Assembly (NCBI GenBank): GCA_030265395.1
Contig: JARFYF010000052.1
Location: forward strand, 86,166,374-86,230,373
Length of the DNA stretch: 64,000 nt
Source: Rhina ancylostomus
Lineage: Eukaryota
Reading direction: 5' to 3'
Part shown: piece after piece, positions 51,985 through 64,000 of the stretch
Numbering within the stretch: position 1 is the first letter of the stretch
Layout: the number at the start of each line of letters is the position of its first letter
Position numbers and translations under genes: made by a program
Notes under the pieces: model-generated
Database searches by the model: none
Told to the model about the DNA's origin: nothing
Seen by the model: only the letters and a program-made list of their open reading frames with translations

Positions 51985-54770
51985 ACGGAAGGGCAAATTA
52001 TGATAAGGATATTGTGACTCTGCAACAGGTTATAACAGATTGAGTGGGGGGAAACTTGCCAAATAGCATTTAATGTGGAAAAGTGTGAGGTTATGCACTT
52101 CAGTAAGAGGAATCAAAAGGCAAATTATCAAATTGAAAAAAAATTGCAAGAGTGAAATACTGAGGGATCTAAGTTCTTGTGCAGGAGTCACAAAAAAAAT
52201 AGCAGGCAAGTGCTAGTAGTAAGAGGGCAATACCACATTGGCTTTTATTGCAAATGGGTTAGAGTTTAGAAATGGGGAAGTTTTGTTACAATTGTGCAGG
52301 GTGCTGGTGAGGCACACGGAGTATTGTGCACAGTTTGGTTCCCTTAACCAAGAAAGTTTATGGTAGCTTTGGAGGAAGTCCCAAAAGGTTCACTAGGCTA
52401 ATTCTTGGCATGAGAGAACTGTACTCATCAAGAAGGGATGAACAGGCGGGGTCTACATTGTTTGAAGTTTAAAAGAATGAGGGATGATCTCATTAAAATA
52501 TAAGATCCTCATGAGGATGACAGGGTTAGATGTGTGTACCATTATTTAAGAAGGGCTGGAAAGACAAGCCAGGGAACTACCAGCTGGTGAATCTGACTTC
52601 AGAGGTGGGCAAGTTATTGGAGGGGATTCTAATGGCCAGGATCTACCAGCATTTGGATAGATAAAGTCTGATTAAGGATAGTCAGTACATGGGAAGTAAT
52701 GTCTGACAAGTCAGTTATTTTGAGATAGCCAAGAGAATGGATGGGCTCAAGGCGGAGGACGCTGTCTATGGACTTTAGCAAGGTCTTTCACAATGTCCCG
52801 CTCAGTAGGCTAGCACGCAAGGCTAGATTGCAAGAGACCCGGGAGAGCCAACTATCTGGGTTCATAATTGGCTAGATGATAGGATGCAGAGGATGATGGT
52901 GGAAGGTTGTTTCTAAGACTGGAAGCCTGTTACTAGTTGTGTGCCACAGGATCAACACAGACCTCTGTTGTTCATTATTTATACAAATGATTTGGAAGAG
53001 AATGTACAAGGCATGGTTAGCAAGTCTGCAGATGATGCTAAAATAGGTGGTATCCTCCACAGTGAAGAAAGTTATCAAAAATTACAAGAGAGATCTTGAT
53101 CAGCTAAGTAGGCCGAGGATTGGTAAATGGTATTCAATCAGCTAAGTGTAAGGTGTTGCATTTTAGGAAGTTAAACTAGGGTAGTTCTTATACAGTGAAT
53201 GGTAGGGCCTCAGGGAGTGTTGTGGAAGAGAGAGACCTAGGAGTACAAGTACAGGGTTCCCTGAAAGTGGCATCGCAGGTAGACAGAGGTGTTTGGCATG
53301 TTGGCCTTCATCAGTCAAGTCGTCGAGCATAAGAGTAGGGACATTATGTTGCAGTTGTACTAGACATTGCTGAGGTTGCACTTGGGATTTCTGGTCTCAC
53401 CGTTATGGGAAAGACATCATTAGGCTGGAAAGAGTGCAAAGAATTTACGAGAATGTTGCCAGGACTCAAGGGCCTGGATTAAAGGGAGAGGTTGGACAGG
53501 CTAGGACTTTATCCCTTGGAATGTAGAAGACTGAGTGGTGTCTTTATAGAGGTGTTTCAAATCAGGAGGGGCATAGATAGGATGAATGCAGTCTTTTTCC
53601 CGGGGAAAGGGAACCAAAAACTAGAGGGCATAGGTTTAAGTTGAGAGGAAAGATTTAAAAGGGACATGAGGGGCAGCTTCTTCACAGAGGCTGGAGGAAC
53701 AAGCTTCTGGAGGAAGTAGCTAACAATATTTAAAAATGTTACTTTGGCTACCTTTTTAGTTATTGAAGAAATTCTCATGGAAAAAGGACCAACAGCAAAG
53801 GAACATAGGTGATTTTAAAAGGCACTGAAGTTTCAGTTCCACAATATGGAAATACAAGTGTAAATCAAATACCATACCAGCTGGACTCAAAAGGGCACGT
53901 ACTTAGTTTTACAGAACTTACGGTACAATCAGACATGCAGGAAGCAGATTCTTCCTTGCTACTAAACAGTAAGTGAATACATATTTACAAGTCAAATTGG
54001 AAAAGGCATGCAGAAACAAACCATGCTTAGAAATCTTAAAGCAGTTAAGAGGCCAAAAATGGGACATCAAATGGCCCTGGTCAACAGTAGTTGAGAATTC
54101 CAGAGGATAGCTGGGTAAAGAGTTGGTCCCTTCACCAGAAAGGAAGTAGATGCATGAAGCTGGGGGAATGTGTTGCTTCCTGAATGAATACTTAGCATTA
54201 GTATTTATCCAGGGAGAAGGATAGCGAAGATGGAGAGTTAAGGGAGATGTATGCTGACTATCTGTATCAGGAAAGAGAAAGAGATGTTATTGCACAAATC
54301 TCAACCACCTGATGAAATCTATCCCAGGGTGTTATGGGAAGAGAACAGACTGCTAGAGCTCTGTCAGATATTTTTGCATCATCTTTGGCAGTGGGTGAGG
54401 TGCCAGAAGACTGGAGAGTAACTAATGTTGATTCCATATTCAAGGGTGGTAGGGATCAGCCAGGAAACTACAGGGACTGATTAGGGAGAATCATCATGGT
54501 TTTGTGCATGAGAAATCTTACTTTACATCTGATTGAGTTTTTGACATTATTAAGAAACATGATAAAGTCAAGGCAGTAGATGTGGTATATATAGACTGCA
54601 GCAGAGCTTTTGACGAGTTCTCGCATGGTAAACTGGCCAAGAAAGTCAGGGCACATGGGGTACAAGGTGTTTTGGCAAACTAGATCCAAAATTGACTTCA
54701 TGATAGGAGGCAGAGGGCAGTGGTGGAAGGTTGTTTTAATGACCAGAAATCTGTAACCAGTTGTATATCA
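51985..54770 (+). mobile_element. Several stacked decayed CR1 LINE copies
   Basis: Repeated KCEVMHF, PGNYxxVxLTS, DFSKxF, ADD.K and LE.RRL.G.L remnants with frameshifts. Confidence 0.8.
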
Positions 54771-55805
54771 AAATAAGGTTGAGTTTAGTGCCTCAGCAGC
54801 TAAAATTATGGCTGCCAATTATGGAGAAATTAAAGGATAAGAACTTGGAACTGGAGATTTCAAAGGGGCATTGGGCTGGAGACTATCAAAGATAAAGAGC
54901 CTTATAGGGAACTGAAAGTAGGACTGAAATGTAAATTTGAGGTTCTGCTTGAAGTCAATACAGATCAAGAATAGGGATAACTAATGAACAAGACTTGGTG
55001 AAAGTTACAACCAAGGATGTAGAGTTTTGGATAATTTCAAACTACCAAAGTAGGAGAGCTTTGTTGATATAGTCAAGACTAGATGTTCTGTCAACTTAGA
55101 TTATCTGATTATTGAAACTGAACTTATCAACTTGTGTTACCATCTTAATTCAAACTTGCTTTGATCTGTTTGCAATCCTATGCAACTCCTTTTCTTATTT
55201 TCCCCGAAGGGTATTACTTCATATTTTTTATTAAAGATTTTCTGTTTAAATTCATTTCCTGGTCCCTTGAGAAGCACTGCATTTTTCAAGTCACTAGGTC
55301 AGAGTAACATTCACACCAAGACTCATTTGTTCTCCTCAATTTTCTACATTTAGTTTTGCCCTGCAGGCACTCAGGATAGGACAAGGCTCCAAGGATGACA
55401 GCAATCCCATTTTGCTCCAAAAATTGCATTAAACTTTAGAAATCTTTTAATTCAAAAGCTACTGCAGCCAAGTCTGATCCTGTCTCAATATGTATAATCT
55501 TGTTTAGAAGTAAGCAATAAGGGAAAGAATCCTTACTGAACCACTCCCTAAGCTTGGGAGCACTGGAATCAAGTACTGGTTCTACAATTGGCTTCAATCT
55601 ATTAACAAAGCACTGAGGGTCAACTCAGTTTCTTGCTCGCTACAAAAACATAATATGCAGAGCATTTTAACTGACATCTAGGTATGACTCTCATATCCAA
55701 AATATGATAGAGCAAGAGATCTGTAAAACAAACTACAGTTCAATTCGTGGAATATCAATTTTGTACAATACATTGTGATTTTTCACCATTAAGTAAAAAT
55801 TTTTA

Positions 55806-56006
<201 letters not shown>

Positions 56007-58284
56007 TTAGTGGCTTCGATTTCAAAATAGTACATATTGAGTTTTTAAGTCTAAGACACATAATTGGAGTTTCAAAAGGTCTTTATCAAGCAAAACAAAA
56101 TACAACACAAGTGTAAATCATACCACAATGCACATGTAAAATTGTCATTTAATATTTAAAAAGCATTTAATATTGAGTACTGACATACTGCAGGACTTCA
56201 ACTAAAAACAGTAGAGAATCTAAACAAAATTAAGATCAGCAGTTTATGCAGAAAGATGCAGCTTGAACTTTTGGGCAGTAGCAAAGCTTTTGTCACTGAC
56301 CTCAAAGGAAGCTGCCTACAAAGATGTAATGAATAGTGATGTCAAAATCCCCCCTCAACTTTGAATATCATGGCATCAGTACACAGGATCTCTGGCATCC
56401 AACATCAGGGATGTCATCAAACCAGCTGTGCAATCAATCACATTGAAAAACTCTCAAGTAGCAAAAACTGGAATTTTAACTTTGTAACTACTTAAGGTAC
56501 AGAAACCAAAATAAAGATCAAAACATGCGAGACCAACTTGAAAGCCAAAGTGTCATTAAAGATCATGGAATTTTGAAATAAATATGAAAAATAGACTCCA
56601 TGCTAAATTGGATTATCAGGGCCAATGTTTTTCAATTGTATATTTTGTTTTAAATATTTATTCAAGTGATGTGGGCTTCAGAGACTGAACCAGCATTTAA
56701 TTTAGTTATGGCTTTTGAAATGCAGTTATGCCTCACTCAAATTCCCTGACCCATAAAGTTTTTACAGAGAAAATAATGAGCAAAAGGTTGAAGCATTTAT
56801 CTATTCAATAACTTCAATAAGATTACCATCTGCAATGATTTTAACAGCACATCCTGTGGAGGAACTAGATATCACTAACTGCAAGCTCTGGTTTCCACAT
56901 TTAACTGAACAGATTTCAGAAGTTGCTGAGAGTTTTAAGATAACAATGGCAAATACTGACAACAATTACCAAGACAATATTTCCATCACACTATGAATGC
57001 CTTCAACTTTTAACATTGGAACAAGAAAATAGCTCAAAAAGCAAACGGCAAAAACTCAGTGGGTAAAGCACCACCTGTAAAGGCAAAGAGATGGCCAACA
57101 TTTCAGGTCGAGACACTACAACATGACTGAGAGGGTAAAGGGAAGATAGCCAGTATATAGGAGAAGGGCAGGGGAGGGGGGTGGATGGGTAGTGAACAAA
57201 GAGAGAACCCAGGTGGATTAGTGGGCGTGTCAAAGATGTGGGTGACCAGTAAGTGGTTCCCTTAGACAAAGTTGACAAAGGACAAAAATAACAAAAACCA
57301 TGTTTGAGGCGAATGATATTTTATAAGAATCAGAAAAGGCTGTGGAACACAAGTTTCAAGAGTGAAAGGTGAAATTAAAACCAAAAGGCAAGGGTTTTTC
57401 ACTATGGTAAAAGGGAAATGGGAAAGGAACAAACAAAAAATTCTTCAGTCAAGCCCAAAATGTACCACGTCAAAAGATAAAGTACTTGAACTCATCTTTC
57501 ATTGTGCTTAATTGAAATTGACGATGACAGAAGTCAGAGTGGTTGAGGATGGAGGATTTAAGGAATACACAGCCACAAGTTGGGAATCATGCTTTCAGAT
57601 TGAAGATTTATGTGACATCAAATACACAAACTGCATTTAGTCTCCCCGGAGTTTGTGACCAGCAAATACAGCATACTAAACCCAGGCGGTATAAACAAAA
57701 TCACTGTTTCACCTGGAAAATGTGCTTGGGCTTGAGCAATGAGAAAGGAAGAGTAAAAGGTCTAGTTCCAGCAGTTACACAGAATAGTTCTATGGAAGGG
57801 GCCAATGAAGTAGTGGACAAGCAAACCAGAATTTTGCAGAATATGTCCCTTGGGAATGGGGGAGGGGGAGGGGATGGGGGAAGGTGGAGAGAGAAGAATG
57901 GAAGATTGTTGGTGTAAATTAGGCAACAGTAGTTAAAGCCATTTGATAGGAACATCTGCCTTTTGGATCAGCGAGTTCAGCTGATGAACCTTCACACCAT
58001 GGCAAGCATGAATGTACTGCTATACTAGTTTTTAATTCTGATAAGTCTTTTTGTTTGAGTGCAGCTATCTAAATAAAAAAGTGAACTTGGCCAATGTTTG
58101 CACTACTGAAACAGGTAACAAAAATCCAAGATAATGCTAGTTCAGTTGATGCCATGTCTTGGTCCAAAGCATTCAACTTCTCATTACAGTATATAGAATG
58201 AAAGCAATTCAATTAAAGTAGTAAAACTGTTAACAAATACATCAAAATATTTAAAGTGCAAAACTTTCACGAGCAGTCAACTTA

Positions 58285-58407
<123 letters not shown>

Positions 58408-58869
58408 CTAAAGTAAAAAAAAGATGAGCTAATTTCAATATGGTACAAAGTACCATAGGACTTGTTACATATTTATATTCCAATTAAAAACACTGCAGTA
58501 GATGACACTACAATGTAGTGGATTAGCATTTCCCCACCCACAACCAAAATCAAAGATCAAACCTAGGTCAAAAGAATTTCTCTCTTCAAATGTCTCAACT
58601 CAACTCAGAGCTTGGGTAAACTCAAACCATGCATTTGTGACCAGGTAAACAACCTCAAACAAGAAGCCGCCATCCAAAAGGCTATTGCCCAGGGTAATGT
58701 GAGCAATCTCAAAACCAGCCAGAGACAACTGACAAATAGGGAACTTGTACTGCACAAATGCAGGATTTCACATTCAACAGCACACATACAGACATCTCAG
58801 AATTTATGGCTTTAAAAAACCATCTACCATACAGGAGATTTGAAAGTAATCACCAGAACCTCAACACTA

Positions 58870-59064
<195 letters not shown>

Positions 59065-60059
59065 TTAGATAACTCAAAACAATTACTTTACCATTGAATT
59101 ACACAAATTTTAATTCTGTCTTTGGTGCTCTAATTGGACAATCCTCAAGACATCTATGGAGTTTTTTTTTGTTTTTAAAATCAATAGAATCCCAACACAA
59201 TATCATAAGATAGTGAAATTGAAAAAGCTTTTATTATCTCAAATGATCCAATTTAAAATTTGAATCAGGATCAAGTTCCTCTATTGGCTTATTTTTCCCC
59301 AGCTCCTTAGCTCCACCCATTCTTAAAACTCTGCCCTCATATCTCCATTTCATCAAATCTGGTGAGCAGGTCCAGATCAGAGCACCCCTAATTCTCCACC
59401 TGCCCCAGGTGTTAATGACCAGGACACACAAATAAACCAGTCATTTTTGGGGCAATACACCACATTGGATTGAACAGAGCTGCAAATGCAGAGTTCAAGT
59501 GATTTCCACCAGTTATGATACTAAGGTATTACGCCAAACTAGTAACCAGAAAACCAGAGCAGATAGTGGCTTTTTATGAAAGAAGCCAACTTCAATTATG
59601 CCTGGGAGAGGTTGTGACTTTACTGCATGTCTCATTTCCCCAATCACACAATCCCCTGCCCATCCAAATACCTCACCCTTTCTCCTTCAAGGGTTCCTGC
59701 AAATGTCATAACATTAAGGATAGAGGGACAGAGTTCATACATCATTGGTTGAACACCCATTGGTCACAATCCACATCATTAGACATTAGGTCAGAGGAGC
59801 TCATGTTGCTGCCTTCACTTCTTTGGCTCATGGTTAACCTCACTATGTCAAAGCAATGATGGAGGTTGGGGGAGGGATGAGGAAGGACTTAGTTGTTCTG
59901 AAGTAACAAGGCTGGGATTCAACATCTGAGCAAATGGAGGAGATAGGATTTGTTCAGCATCCAAAACAATGCTACAGAATGCATTGTACAACAGCATGTG
60001 TTTAAAAATTCTTTGAGGTGCAAAGCAATTTTCCACTCAAAAAAGCAAACAAGAACAGA

Positions 60060-60880
60060 TTTCTAAATCTGCAAAGAGTGGTAATCACCCAGGACAATAA
60101 TAAACAGGCCATTAACAAACTTGCAGAATGGGGCAAAAAGTGGCAAATGAAATTCAATACAATGTGAGCAGGTATATTTTGGGAAGAGTAGTGAGATCAC
60201 ATTATATAAAAGTCTCAGTGAGATGCAGGAACAAAAGGGATCTTGGAATTCAAATACACCAAAAATCACTTAGTCATGCCACAGGTACACAAGTCAATAA
60301 AAAAAAAGTACGAACAATGCACTAGGATTGATTGCTACTTTTCAATTCTTTTCCTGTAGAAATGTTAAATCTATATTGAAACATGGCAAAATCACATTTA
60401 GAAGTGCACACAGTTCTAGTCATCAGGTTATGAAAGGACTCTGGGAACTTGGAGAGGGTACCAAAAATTACATAAAAGATACCAAAAATGCAAAGATATA
60501 CATATCAGGAAAGGGTAAAAAGACTCAAGTCTCTTTGCCCTTGAGAAAAGGTGGCTGAGACATGATGCAAGAGGTCTATAGAAGTATGAAATGTTTTTAT
60601 ACAGCTGCTAGAGTAGAGCTCTTGCTATACCAAGAGGGTAGGTCACTAATAAATGCAAGTGAATTTAGAAAAGATTTCATTTCTCAAAGCATGGTGAGAA
60701 TGTAAAACAGAGTCACCAGCAGCAGCTGAAGAAAATGGTATATACACAAGGATAAACTGGGCAAGAACATAAAGGGAGAAAGGAATTGGAGATTAGCATA
60801 TGTTTAGATAAGGAACGATGGATAGAGGATTGAGTGGAACGAAATCACGGGCATTGATAGGTTGGGCCAAATAATGCATT
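60060..60880 (+). mobile_element. Old CR1-type 3' fragment
   Basis: Degenerate WQMKFN, xRDLG and LEKRWLR.D remnants. Confidence 0.55.
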
Positions 60881-61449
60881 TATGGCATAACTGCAGAGAA
60901 AATTAGCATGACCCCAAATCTTTCAATCGATTAGTTTTAAAACTTTCTAAAAGTTTGTTGTGGAAGAGTTACAAATAAAACAATCCACATTCTACTTTAC
61001 TGTAGCTGCTATTCATGGACTAGACTAATGTACTAATACAAATATTAATAGTATTAGAAACTAGTTACATGTGGCAATTTCTATGTAACGCTTAAAGTTC
61101 AAATACAAACCCTCCATGCCAATCATTCGGAAAATGTGGAAGATACAGAAAGCAATCGAGGCAAGAAGACTTCCACGTACACCAAGAAAGATCCGATTGT
61201 AAATGTAGTTTACCAAGACTTAGTTGTGCAGTTCAACACTGAAGCTGACAGGGCTAGCTTACCAGGTGGGGAGAAATCAGGAGCAAGGGTAGGAGTGAAA
61301 TAAAAGATGGCCACAAAGCAGATAAACAAGCACGAGTCACACTTGCTGCATATTTATCAAGATTAGTAGCAATCAGGCAAAACTATCTTGACCTAGCTAG
61401 CGCAAAATGCCCTACACATTTTGGAGTGAGCAAGTCAGCCACAGTGTTG

Positions 61450-63550
61450 ACTCTGAAGACTTTGATTCTTATTTGGAATATGTTTAAAGGTGGTTAGTGA
61501 CAAATGGTGTTGCAGATGAGAAAAAGGTAAATATATTCAGCTTTTTTGGGCCCTAGGGTCTGGGCTGTTGCATGCTTGATATCTAGATTTCAGTACATTT
61601 GTAACGGAGCACATCACAACCCTGGAGATAATCATGTCCAGACTGCAGATACACAGAACCAGTGAAGGTACCAAAATGCAAATTTCAGTAAAGATAATGG
61701 AATGCCAAGGCTATTAAATTGACATTGAGGGTCTGTACCTCACTCAGAGCAAAGTGAATGCTATTGTTATCATACCAGCACCAATCAACATGGCAGAAGT
61801 GGGGACATTCCTGGGTTTGCCAAATGATTATGGACATTTCCTCACCAACCTGTCAGCCTTGATACACCTGTCTAGCAGAGACCAAACAAAATTGTTCATA
61901 ATGTGAAGATGCACTTCAGCAATGCAAACACCAACTTCTGAAATAGCCAGTGACTCACGCACTATTATTCGAAAAAGTCTGAGACTTGTTTGTACTGGTT
62001 CTATATAGGGAAGAATCACAGTTACTTTTGGGCATAGAACATTCAACGGTTTACACTTCCAGAATCCTGGCATCCAAGTGAATAAAATTATGCTCAAATT
62101 GGGGGAAAAAAAAGACCACAACAATTTTTGGCCTTAAGAAATTTCCCAATATTTATATTGTTAAGCTTTCAAGTTGCTGACATCATGAACCACTCTTGAC
62201 CACAGCTGGGCCTAAGTCCACAATATCAAACTTTGGAGCATTGAGGATCCAATGCTGGACATTGACCTTGTTAGCCTACAGCTATGAAATCACGTACACA
62301 TTCTCAGGTCTATGCAAATGACAATGCACCATCTTGGCTACCATGCAAAAAACACACAGAAACGGACAATGGAGCAGTATTTCAAATGTCACATTTTGGG
62401 GACCTATGTCAACTGGTATTGATACAGAAATAAGACAGGATCCTGTGCTTTCAAAAGTATTAGAGTTAACCTTGAAGGGCTGGCTCAACTTACTGAGATG
62501 CAATATTACATCCTTTATTTGATAAAAAGGGATCAGTTATCCATAGATCGTGACTCTTATGTGGGGTCTAGAGTCATGATGACAAAGTTCACAAAGTAGC
62601 TAATGGGCTGACCTTTAAGACGGTCAACCCTGGCATTTCTCACAAGGTGCAGGCCCTTGGTTACTCTAGAGGCCAGGACCACATCAACAGGTTCAATATT
62701 TTGAGCATTAGTTTGCACCCCATAAGGATGCCCAAAGCAAACCCATCTCTGCATCTGTGGTCCTGGGTATTATGCCAAGGAAGCGCATTCACATGCATAA
62801 TTCTAAAATGGACAAAGAGGATGTTCTCCAAGTGATTAACATCCACTCAAAGTGGCAAAAATGCTTCCTACATAACTGACCACTACTGATCAGACTGAAT
62901 CTTCTGGGGCATTGCTTTACATCTTATGGATCACTAAGAGAGCTTCTGTCATACAAGTTTTTGTATACAATTGTGAGCTCTTCCCAAAACAAAGTAGGTT
63001 CCAGCATATTTTGTCCCAACCACATCACCCTTCACCTAAAAGGTGCAGCTGTGAAGGTTGTGTAAACTTTCAAGGGAGTCTGGACAAAAACAGAATTCTT
63101 AGCCCAAAAATTGGTTAAGTTCTTATTTATATTCCAGACCTCACATGACGAATGAAACAAAGTCTGCCAAGTTGTTTTAAAGCATTAGCCTTGCATTCAG
63201 CTAGCCTAATTCAAGACTGATTTTTCCTCCACTATGTCCAAATAACTGGAGCAATTAAAAGCTAACAATAACACGACCAGGCCTGTCCAGATGTTCAAGA
63301 ATGAAGTAGAGGTCTAGGATTTCAGACATCCAAAGCTCTTGCAGACTTCTGGAGAGGCAGCCAAGTACAAGTAACCTTTGACCAACATAGTACAAAGAAA
63401 AATAGACAGACAGTCACATGGATAACCTCTCACCTTTGCAAGTTCTAACATTGCTAGATCTTCTTCCAGATGAAGGCAGATGGAAAATTTTATTCCTATT
63501 CTCAGAACCACAGCAGTACCTGTTCTACAAACTAATGATCATCCTGTCTC
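61450..63550 (+). mobile_element. Decayed Gypsy LTR-retrotransposon pol (RT/RNase H/integrase)
   Basis: Frameshifted remnants in order: IDxEGL...SKVNAIV, TFLGL.N.YG.FL.NLS, YAQI.., IFGLKKF, RIQxW.LTL.AY.YEI.Y, RQDPVLSKV, and an HP.S.G.A integrase motif. No intact ORF. Confidence 0.75.
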
Positions 63551-63749
63551 AACAGCATCCATAACTTCAAGTGAATTTATGTAGCAATGGAAGATGCCAG
63601 AGACATTTGATCTCTCAGATGTTCATATCTAACTTGTGTTTTATCAGTTGGTAACAAAGTTCTCTACGCAGGCAGCATAATCCACTGAACTTATTCTGAG
63701 GTTGAAGAATCAGCTTTAGCCCAGGAGTTAGTAACTAAGTTATGTCAAT

Positions 63750-64000
63750 GACCTATTTGTCAATGGACCCACAGCCATCTTGAACTTACGGTTGCACATC
63801 ACTTCAACCTCCCCATTCCCACACTGACCCATATGTTCTCTGCCTTCTCCACTGCCATGGTGAGGTCAAACGCTAACTAGAAGAACAGCACCTCTTATTC
63901 CATTTGGGTAGCCTACAATCTAATGGCATGAACATTGAATTTTCCAATTTCAGGTAAACCACACACTATGTCCCTTTCACACTCCTACTGGCCCACTGAG
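63750..64000 (+). mobile_element. Penelope-like element, GIY-YIG C-terminal end
   Basis: Encodes VAHHFN... and LEEQHLLFHLGSLQSNGMNIEFSNFR*, typical of the ORF end of Penelope-like elements. A more decayed copy is at about 43640-44030. Confidence 0.75.

Overview
Eukaryotic (vertebrate) genomic DNA from a gapped draft assembly. The repeat content (V-SINEs, CR1, Rex/Babar, Penelope-type elements) suggests a cartilaginous fish; this is an inference. Two convergent spliced genes fill the window. PAQR3 is on + with 6 coding exons from 442 to 10635 (933 nt, 310 aa, complete). BMP2K (BIKE, NAK-family kinase) is on - with exons 2-16 from 59036 down to 13456; exon 1 lies beyond the window. Every exon has GT-AG boundaries and compatible phases. 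Most listed ORFs are intronic noise or retroelement debris. The main anomaly is in the last BMP2K intron: one intact, splice-site-flanked exon encoding the first SAM domain of a liprin-beta (PPFIBP1-like) gene (20792-20942, +). It sits inside a CR1 LINE bounded by an 8-bp target-site duplication, so it is either a real retroelement-associated exon capture or a repeat-mediated assembly chimera. Other leads are a perfect 21-bp pre-miRNA-sized hairpin, decayed Penelope hammerhead-ribozyme motifs, an AAK1-like motif in BMP2K exon 13, short-isoform read-through options and facing poly(A) signals. Gene and repeat identities come from recalled family motifs, not database searches. Repeat boundaries are approximate.
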